DNA from: an uncultured Acidobacteriaceae bacterium
Lineage (GTDB): Bacteria > Acidobacteriota > Terriglobia > Terriglobales > Acidobacteriaceae
DNA length: 64,000 bases
NCBI GenBank assembly: GCA_963750245.1
Contig: CAVVQB010000009.1
Location: 160-64,159 of the forward strand
Direction: 5' to 3'
Shown here: positions 1-9,000 of the stretch, one piece after another
Layout of the letters: each line of letters opens with the position of its first letter
Position numbering within the stretch: position 1 is the stretch's first letter
Notes under the pieces: model-generated
Database searches by the model: none
What the model was told of the DNA's origin: nothing
The model's input: the letters and a program-made list of their open reading frames with translations, nothing else
Translations under genes and position numbers: made by a program

Positions 1-64
1 CAACCGCATCGAACGTGTGCGCACTCACACTAAATAATTTTAACACAATCGGAGCCGCCTCTTG

Positions 65-94
65 GATAACCTGGCCCGGGATAACCTAGCCCGG
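65..94. repeat. Tandem 15-bp direct repeat GATAACCTGGCCCGG|GATAACCTAGCCCGG upstream of the pca operon. Candidate operator.
   Basis: Read directly: two adjacent 15-mers differing at one base, in the non-coding region 5' of pcaH. The regulatory role is inferred. Confidence 0.5.
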
Positions 95-296
95 TGCGTT
101 GAGTACCGCGATAAATAGAGATCAATAAGGACTTGAGAATCATTCATCGCGGTTTCCGCCAACAATGGTGAACAAGTGCAACGACCGAGAACCAGCTGCG
201 AAACCAGATTCATCCCAAAGCGCCTTTGATATGCTTGGTACGGGCTTCCCCATGCATAGAGTCTCTGAGTCGAAAACGGCGACCCGGACAGGAAAT

Positions 297-1001
297 ATGA
301 CACGCCTCGCAGGTTATCGCTCGCCGTATCCGGGGACGCAACCAAGTCATCTGCATCCACCTTATGTCTCCTCGATCAAACGGGCACCCACTAAGCCGCA
401 GATACCAATTCCTTCCACTTTGTCCGAGGTCACCGGGCCATTGTTTGGGCCCGCAATCGTGGCCCCACACGCTAGCGATTTGACGAGCGGGCACTCCGGC
501 GAACCGCTCGGTGAACGGATTATTGTGAGCGGGCGCGTGCTTGATGAAACCAGCCGACCGGTAGCGAACACGTTGGTAGAAATATGGCAGGCCAACGCGG
601 CGGGCAGATACCGGCACGAATGGGATCAGCATCCGGCACCGCTCGATCCGAATTTTTCCGGGACTGGGCAAGCCGTCACCGACGGGGATGGGCGCTATCG
701 CTTTGCGACGATTCGGCCCGGCGCATATCCCTGGCGCAATCATCACAATGCATGGCGGCCGGCTCACATTCACTTTTCTGTGTTCGGACCGGCGTTTGCC
801 ACGCGGCTGGTTACGCAGATGTATTTTCCGGGCGATCCCTTGATTCCGTTTGATCCGATCTTCAACTGCACGGCGGATCAAGAGGCTCGCAATCGACTGA
901 TCTCAGCTTTCGACTGGGAAACGACGCTACCGGAACAGGCGCTGGGATACAGATTCGATATCATCCTGCGGGGGCGCGATGCCACGCCAATGGAGGAATG
1001 A
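297..1001 (+). CDS. pcaH: Protocatechuate 3,4-dioxygenase beta subunit
   Basis: Intradiol dioxygenase core 'GERIIVSGRVLDETSRPVANTLVEIWQANAAGRYRH...WRPAHIHFSVFGP...YRFDIILRG'. ATG at 297 follows GGACAGGAAAT and gives ~234 aa, the usual PcaH size. The ORF is open from 165. Confidence 0.9.
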   Translation: MTRLAGYRSPYPGTQPSHLHPPYVSSIKRAPTKPQIPIPSTLSEVTGPLFGPAIVAPHASDLTSGHSGEPLGERIIVSGRVLDETSRPVANTLVEIWQANAAGRYRHEWDQHPAPLDPNFSGTGQAVTDGDGRYRFATIRPGAYPWRNHHNAWRPAHIHFSVFGPAFATRLVTQMYFPGDPLIPFDPIFNCTADQEARNRLISAFDWETTLPEQALGYRFDIILRGRDATPMEE

Positions 1002-1577
1002 GTGAGCTTGCAAGCGACTACGTCGCAGACGGTTGGGCCATTTTTCAGGATTGGCTTTGAATGGCTGCACCGTGACAACATGGCTGGTGAAGGTGTCTCC
1101 GGCGAACGCGTGACGATCCAGGGCCGAGTTTTTGATGGCGACGGAATTCCGGTGCCGGACGCGATGCTGGAAATCTGGCAAGCCAATGCGCACGGAAAAT
1201 ATGCTCACCCCGAAGATACGCAGGACAAGCCGCTGGAGCCGGGGTTTACGGGCTATGGCCGTGTGCCCGTGGCCGCAGATGGAGCGTTTCGCTTTGTCAC
1301 GATCAAGCCGGGGCCAGTGCCCGGTCCCAGGGGAGCCAAGCAGGCGCCGCATTTGCTCGTTTCCGTGTTCATGCGGGGCCTGCTTCGACGATTGGTGACG
1401 CGAATCTATTTTCCCGACGATTCTCGGAACGCTACGGATTTTATTCTTAACCTGGTCGAGCCCGAGCGGCGTTCGACTTTGATCGCAAGAAGGATCGCGG
1501 GCAGTCCTAATACACTGGAATGGAATGTCGTTCTGCAGGGACCGGATGAGACAGTTTTCTTCGACTTGGGATTATAG
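1002..1577 (+). CDS. pcaG: Protocatechuate 3,4-dioxygenase alpha subunit
   Basis: 'SQTVGPFFRIG', 'MLEIWQANAHGKY' and C-terminal 'ETVFFDLGL' match PcaG. The GTG start abuts the pcaH stop (TGAGTG). Confidence 0.9.
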   Translation: MSLQATTSQTVGPFFRIGFEWLHRDNMAGEGVSGERVTIQGRVFDGDGIPVPDAMLEIWQANAHGKYAHPEDTQDKPLEPGFTGYGRVPVAADGAFRFVTIKPGPVPGPRGAKQAPHLLVSVFMRGLLRRLVTRIYFPDDSRNATDFILNLVEPERRSTLIARRIAGSPNTLEWNVVLQGPDETVFFDLGL

Positions 1578-1601
1578 AGTTGGAATTGTAGACCCACCTG
1601 A

Positions 1602-2939
1602 ATGGCCTTTCTGGATCCACTATTCGGCTCAGCGGCGATGAACGAAGTCTTCTCGGACGCTGCGCGTCTCCAGCACATGCTGGACTTTGAAGCTGCCCTC
1701 GCGCGCACCGCGGCCCGCTGTGGCGTGATCTCGGCGTCGGCAGCTGCGGCGATTTCTTCCAAGTGCAAGGCTAACCTGATCGACACCGACGCCCTCGCGG
1801 CTGCAACCGCCGCGGCGATCAATCCCGCGATACCGTTGGTTAAGCAACTGACCGCATTGGTCGCCAAAGACGATCCTGAGGCAGCGCAATTCGTTCACTG
1901 GGGCGCGACCAGCCAGGACGCGAACGATACGGGCCTGGTTCTGCAGATCCGCGAAGCTCTCGACATTCTTGATGCTGATCTGGCTATTCTCTGCGCCGAC
2001 TTGGCGAAGTTGGCGCAGCAGCACCGTTCTACTGTGATCGCTGGCCGGACTTTGATGCAACATGCTTTGCCAACGACCTTCGGCGTCAAGGTGGCTGGCT
2101 GGCTGGATTCCATGAATCGCCATCGTGAGAGGTTCACACAAACCAGAACTCGAGTGCTGGTCCTGCAATTTGGCGGCGCCGTTGGAACGCTGGCGGCTCT
2201 TGGAGAAAATGGATTGCAGGTAGCGGCAGCTTTGGCGGAGGAACTCCAACTCGAGCTTCCTGCCATGCCGTGGCATGCGCAGCGGGATCGAGTCGCGGAG
2301 GTGGCAACCACACTCGGTCTCTGCACCGGCAGTCTGGGCAAGATGGCGCGCGATATTTCGCTGCACATGCAAACCGAGATCGCGGAAGTGCTCGAGCCCG
2401 CGGGCGAGGGCCGCGGAGGGTCCTCGACGATGCCGCACAAGCGCAATCCGGTGAGCGCCGCGGTGGTGTTATCAGCTGCCACGCGGGTTCCCGGCCTCGT
2501 CAGCACGATGCTGAGCGCGATGGTTCAGGAAGATGAGCGCGGTCTGGGCAATTGGCAGGCAGAATGGGAGACGCTGCCGGAAATCTTCCGCCTGACGGCC
2601 GGAGCGCTTCACCAGATGGCAAGGATTGTTCCTCATCTGGATGTCGACACAGCGCGCATGAAGCGCAATCTTGGAGCAACCCAAGGTCTGATTTTTTCTG
2701 AAGGGGTGCTCATTGCTTTGGCATCCCACATCGGCAAATCCGCTGCTCGTAAATTGCTTGAAGCCGCAAGCCTCGAGGTACGCAAATCTGGAAGGCATCT
2801 GCGTGAAGTGCTGGCTCAGGACTCAACCGTAACGAAGCATCTGACCACAACAGAACTGGAGCGCTTGTTCGCGCCGGAGAATTATCTCGGTAGCGCCGAA
2901 GAATGGGTGGATCGTGTGATCGACGCCAGCAAGGATTGA
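1602..2939 (+). CDS. pcaB: 3-carboxy-cis,cis-muconate cycloisomerase (class II fumarase/aspartase superfamily)
   Basis: Lyase signature 'GSSTMPHKRNP'; 445 aa; sits between pcaG and pcaD. Confidence 0.85.
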   Translation: MAFLDPLFGSAAMNEVFSDAARLQHMLDFEAALARTAARCGVISASAAAAISSKCKANLIDTDALAAATAAAINPAIPLVKQLTALVAKDDPEAAQFVHWGATSQDANDTGLVLQIREALDILDADLAILCADLAKLAQQHRSTVIAGRTLMQHALPTTFGVKVAGWLDSMNRHRERFTQTRTRVLVLQFGGAVGTLAALGENGLQVAAALAEELQLELPAMPWHAQRDRVAEVATTLGLCTGSLGKMARDISLHMQTEIAEVLEPAGEGRGGSSTMPHKRNPVSAAVVLSAATRVPGLVSTMLSAMVQEDERGLGNWQAEWETLPEIFRLTAGALHQMARIVPHLDVDTARMKRNLGATQGLIFSEGVLIALASHIGKSAARKLLEAASLEVRKSGRHLREVLAQDSTVTKHLTTTELERLFAPENYLGSAEEWVDRVIDASKD

Positions 2940-2984
2940 TATCGACAGTCATCAATGGAAGGAGCGCAGCCAGAAAGGCAAGCA

Positions 2985-3761
2985 ATGCCGTTCGTCGATC
3001 TTGGAGGACTGAAAACACATTACGCGATCACGGGCGACAATGATCGTGTGCTGGTGTTCTCCAATTCGCTGGGTACGGATTTTTCCATGTGGGACCCGCA
3101 GATGGAGGAGTTGGGACGGCACTTCCGAATCCTGCGCTACGACACTCGCGGGCATGGCAAGTCTTCGGTGACACCTGGCGAATATACAATCGAGCAACTC
3201 GGCCGCGACGTTCTCGATCTGCTGAATTCGCTTCGCATTGATCGTGTACATTTTTGCGGGCTCTCTATGGGTGGCATGATTGGCATTTGGCTGGGAATCC
3301 ACGCCGCCAGCCGGCTGCATCGATTGGTGCTGTGCAACACCGCCGCTTGCATCGGCACAAAAGAGATGTGGAATGCGCGCATCGCCAAAGTTCACACCGA
3401 AGGAATGCAGTCCGTGGCGGCTACGGTTATCGAGCGCTGGTTTACGTCTGCGTTTCGTGTGTCGTCCCCGGAGAAGATTGCCTGGACACAGCGAATGTTC
3501 GAAAACTCGCCGCCCCGGGGTTATGCCGCATGTTGCGCCGCTGTCCGCGATATGGATAAGCGCGAAGCCCTGGCGCAGATCAAGGTCCCTACGCTTGTGA
3601 TCTACGGCGGAAGCGATTCAGTTATACCGGCCGCGGAAGCTCATTTCCTTAAGGATCAAATTCCGGGAGCCGCCGAGATTGAACTGGAAGCTGCACACCT
3701 GTCGAATGTCGAGCAGGCCGACGCTTTCACGGAGGCGGTTGGTAAGTTCCTTTCCACGTAA
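2985..3761 (+). CDS. pcaD: 3-oxoadipate enol-lactonase (alpha/beta hydrolase)
   Basis: 'VLVFSNSLGTDFSMWDPQ' and nucleophile elbow 'GLSMGG'. The MPFVDLGG start at 2985 aligns with known PcaD N-termini. The ORF is open from 2955. Confidence 0.85.
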   Translation: MPFVDLGGLKTHYAITGDNDRVLVFSNSLGTDFSMWDPQMEELGRHFRILRYDTRGHGKSSVTPGEYTIEQLGRDVLDLLNSLRIDRVHFCGLSMGGMIGIWLGIHAASRLHRLVLCNTAACIGTKEMWNARIAKVHTEGMQSVAATVIERWFTSAFRVSSPEKIAWTQRMFENSPPRGYAACCAAVRDMDKREALAQIKVPTLVIYGGSDSVIPAAEAHFLKDQIPGAAEIELEAAHLSNVEQADAFTEAVGKFLST

Positions 3762-3782
3762 TGAGAGGTGAGGCGAGTCAAG

Positions 3783-4208
3783 ATGGATGACAGGAAGCGC
3801 TACGAGCGAGGGATGAAAATCCGGCGAGCTGTTCTAGGCGACGCGCATGTTGATCGAGCCCTTGCCGCGACAACGGAATTCAACCGCGACTTCCAGGACT
3901 TTATTACTCGTAATGCCTGGGGCGAGATATGGACGCGGCCAGGACTTCCCCGCCATACTCGCAGCCTGTTGACCCTGGCGATGATGATCGCGTTGAATCG
4001 TGGAGAGGAATTTCGCATGCATGTGAAAGCCGCCTTCAACAACGGCGTTACCCGGGATCAAATCAAGGAAGTATTGCTGCAATCCGCCATCTATTGCGGT
4101 GTGCCCGCGGCGAACTCCGCGTTTCACATGGCGGCTGAAGTCTTTGAGGAGATGGATAAGAAAAAGGAAACAAATCGCCAAACCAAAGCAAATTCCAGGA
4201 AGAGGTGA
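3783..4208 (+). CDS. pcaC: 4-carboxymuconolactone decarboxylase
   Basis: 'MDDRKRYERGMKIRRAVLGDAHVDRA...FQDFITRNAWGEIWTRPGL' is the PcaC/CMD family core. The ORF is open from the GTG at 3768. Confidence 0.9.
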   Translation: MDDRKRYERGMKIRRAVLGDAHVDRALAATTEFNRDFQDFITRNAWGEIWTRPGLPRHTRSLLTLAMMIALNRGEEFRMHVKAAFNNGVTRDQIKEVLLQSAIYCGVPAANSAFHMAAEVFEEMDKKKETNRQTKANSRKR

Positions 4209-4216
4209 CGGCATGA

Positions 4217-5482
<1,266 letters not shown>

Positions 5483-5490
5483 ACTCGCTT

Positions 5491-5923
5491 TTACTTGCGC
5501 TTCTTGGCGACTGAGAGTTTCCGGATCACTTCGCGCGGCACAGGCAATCCCTTCAGCCGATGGGTTTCAGTAGGATGGGCGCCAGCCCACACGCGAGTTT
5601 CCGATCCCTCCATCGCCAACGCGCCATCGCGTAATAATTTATGGCTGATGACGAAACTGCTCTTTCTCCATTCGGTGACACAGGATTCGGCCACCAGTTC
5701 GTCGCCGAATGAAGACGGGCAGGATGAATCGGGCTCGCGCCTCCACGATCGGGATGCCGACGATGCCGTGTTCTTTGAACAATTCCTTGAGTGGAAGCCC
5801 TGCGGCCCGAAACAGCCCTGAAGTGCAGTTATCGAACCAGCGGAAATAGTTGGCGTAAAAAACGATCTGGGCCGGATCACAATCTCCAAACTCGACCCGG
5901 ATTCGAATACGATTCACAAACAT
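5491..5923 (-). pseudogene. 4-hydroxybenzoyl-CoA thioesterase-like hotdog thioesterase (YbgC/4HBT class), split by a +1 frameshift
   Basis: The N-terminal part 'RVEFGDCDPAQIVFYANYFRWFD...GIVGIPIVEARARFILP' is in frame 5639..5923. It continues as 'SSFGDELVAESCVTEWRKSSFVISHKL...' in frame 5491..5889. The span is 433 nt (3n+1). The switch is at a CCC run (GGG 5717-5719 on the + strand). Confidence 0.75.
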
Positions 5924-6047
5924 GATTTATTTATCGAGTGCATTCGCGTGCGAACTGACGCGCTAGCATATCCTAAACGGCTAAGAACGGCTGAGGAAAG
6001 TTTGCGGCCGGAACAAAGATCGGTAAATCCGCAGTGAAGCTTTCTCT

Positions 6048-9000
6048 CTAGCGGGCGCGCACTTCCAATTGCACAGGCCGAGCGAGTGAGCTCACCTCCG
6101 GGTCGTAGTATTCGTAGACTCGCGACTGAAATGTCCGGACGCGGATGGGGTATTTGGCACGCAAGCGAAAGTGCAGAGCCACAGTCTGCTGCGGGGCGAT
6201 TGAGTTGAAATAGAGAATGGCCTGCGTGGCGGTCAGACTGAATTTCTCCAGGCGACCCGTTTTCTGGGACGAACTCTTCTCGATGAAGTCCTGCAAATCT
6301 TCGCTCAGCAGGTCAAATCCTGGTGGAATGCCGAGATCCACCATCACCATGTTTGCGTTCTTGGGCAGATTGTTTTTGATGGTTGCGGCGGCGGTGGCGA
6401 TGTCGTCCTGCGCCAGGTGAGTGCGATCATATGTAACGTTGATGGACAGAGCCTCGTTTGCTGGTTTCTCGTCCCACGGAATGAAGTAGTTTCCTACAAT
6501 CTGGTAAGCCAATCCCCCTTTGCCCTCAAAGCGGATTTCGACTGTATTGGGATGGCCCAGTTTTGCAATGCGCTTCGCTTCGGCATCTGACAATTCGATC
6601 TTGGTCTCGATGTTCTCGCCCTCAATGCCCTTGAACACGAACTGATGCAGCAGATCGTTGTTTTCCGGCGTAAGCGTTAGTTTCTGCACGGAGTTGCCAT
6701 TAAGCAAAACCTCAAGCGTTCCGCGAACGTCCGCCGATCCTTTTTCCGTTGCAAGAAGCAATGCCCGAAGGGCCATGATGGTGGCTTGCGTGGTGCCCCA
6801 CGCGCCGGACGCGTCTTTTTTCGAGGCGATGTAATTCATGGCCTTGCGCGCCGTGCCGGAGGCCTCGCCCCACTTCAGCAACGCCTGTACGGCAAGTGCC
6901 GTGGTCTCTACGCTGGCGCTTTCGCCTCTTGCGTATACGCCAGTTTCGTCGGCACTCCACCACGCCTGCTCGTCTTTCTCCGTGTGAGCATCGAGCAGGA
7001 GTTGCATTGCCTGACGGGTGAATTCGCGATCCTTCGAGTGATCGGCCGTTCCGTAATCTGCGGCAAAGTTAGCAATCACAGCTAACGTGTAGGCATCCAC
7101 CTTGCCATTCATGTGGCCCTCGATAAACTGCTTGGCCTTTTCCACGGCGCGTCCCTGGTATCCCGTGTTCTCGAGCGACCACGCGATGTAGGCGGTAATC
7201 CGAAGCACGTCGGAGTTGTAGCGGTTGGTGGCGCCCTCGTTAATAAAAGAGGCGTCGGGCTTCCAGCTGCCGTCGGCTTGCTGCTGCACAGCGAGCCACT
7301 GCTGGGTGCGCATGATCAGCTTCGGATCCACGTCGTAGACCTTCGACATATCGCTGAATTCCATGAGCCCGTACGAGGTCAAGATTTTGTTGGCCGGCGC
7401 GTTGCCGAACCAGGAGAAGCCGCCGCCGGGAACTTCAAATGTCAGGAGCCGCTGATAGCCGTTCGCAATGTACCCCTCGGCTTTGGCGTGCACTTCGGGA
7501 GTCAGCTTTTTCGTGCGCTTCATATAATCGAGAGCCAGCACGTTGGGGTAAGTGCTGGAAGAAGTCTGCTCAAAGCAGCCACCGGGCATGCGGAGAATGC
7601 TATCCATGCCTTCAATGACCTGGCTCAGCGGGCCGGGATAAAGCCGGACGAAAATCTTCGTGGCGTCGGCGATGGAATTCGCGGGAAAGCGCAATTCTTG
7701 TTGAACGGAATTTTCCAGGCGCCCATTGAAGACCAGGTTCTGCTCGCGGCCGTTGGGGATGACTTCGATCTCACGCACCACGATGTCCTCGCGTCCGGCT
7801 TCGCCCTTCATGCGAGCGGAGAGGGTCAGCTTGAACTTGCCGATGCGCTTGGCTTCCAGCGTGAACTGCGATCCGCCCACGCGCGAGGAATCGACCGCAA
7901 CAGATTTTTCTGGGACGTCATCCACCAGCGAAAACCACTCGTCCTGCTGAAGATTCAGACTGACATCTCCGCGCGAGCCGGAGTAGTTATATACGGCCAC
8001 AGGGATGCTCACGCGATCGCCCTGGGTGAGCGTGACCGGCAAGTCGAGGTCGACGAAGAAGTCCTGGAATACTTTCAGGCTTGAGGTTGCGCTTCCTAAC
8101 GCTCCGTGGGCTGTCGAGGCAAGCATGGCCATACGCCAGGTGGTGATCGAGTCGGCGATGGGAATGGTGATCGTGGCTGCGCCGCTCGAGTCCGTAATGA
8201 TTTCCGGATTGATGTAGAGGGCCTCAGGGAAATATGAGCGCACGTGGGCGGCCGGCGAAGCGGAGCCTTCCTTAATAAGGGTTGCGCTGTTAGCGGCTTT
8301 CTGGTCCGTCACAGCGAGTTGCGTGAAGTCTCGACCGTTCATGGGAGCGGCCTGAGGCACGCGTACACCGCCGGGCACGCCGCCAATAACTCCACCGGCC
8401 ATGCCGGCGGCGACGCCACCCCGGCTGACACGAGCAACAGCGGCCGTTTCCGTCTCGACAGCCACGTTCGCCGAAGTGATTTCAACCGCCTCGCTGGACG
8501 CGCCAACCGCCAGAGTTGCCGAGAGGACTGCGCGGTCGCGTGGGCGAAGAGTGAGTGTTTGCGCGGCGGTTCTGAATCCGGCGGAAGACACTTGCACTCT
8601 GTACGCTCCGGCGGGCATGGCTGACAAAGTGAATTGCCCGGCGGCATTGGTCTTCGCAGTACGGCGCGCTCCGGTCGAGACTTCCTGCACTTCTACAGTG
8701 GCCGACTCTACCATTGCGCCGGATGGGTCCGTGACAGTTCCCGTGATCTCCGCCCGGCCGTTGAAAGGCCCGTGATCGTGCTCGATATCGACATCGATCG
8801 AGCCCGCGAAGGAACCTGCGTTTGGCCCGCCGATGATACTTTTCGTGCTGACCTCGAGATAAGCGATCATGTCGTCGCCAGTGCCGAATTGCCGGTCCGC
8901 GCCGGCACTGCGCACCATGTAGTGCTTCTTGTCCCGATACCACCCGACACGTTCCACGTGAAGCTCGGTGTCCCAGGCGTCGCGAACTTCGTCGCCAGCG

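Noticed and set aside
40-881. Minus-strand ORFs 40..360 and 210..881 overlapping pcaH
   Set aside because: They are antisense to a gene with unmistakable PcaH motifs. Their translations are Arg/Pro-rich and low-complexity, as expected from GC-rich antisense frames.
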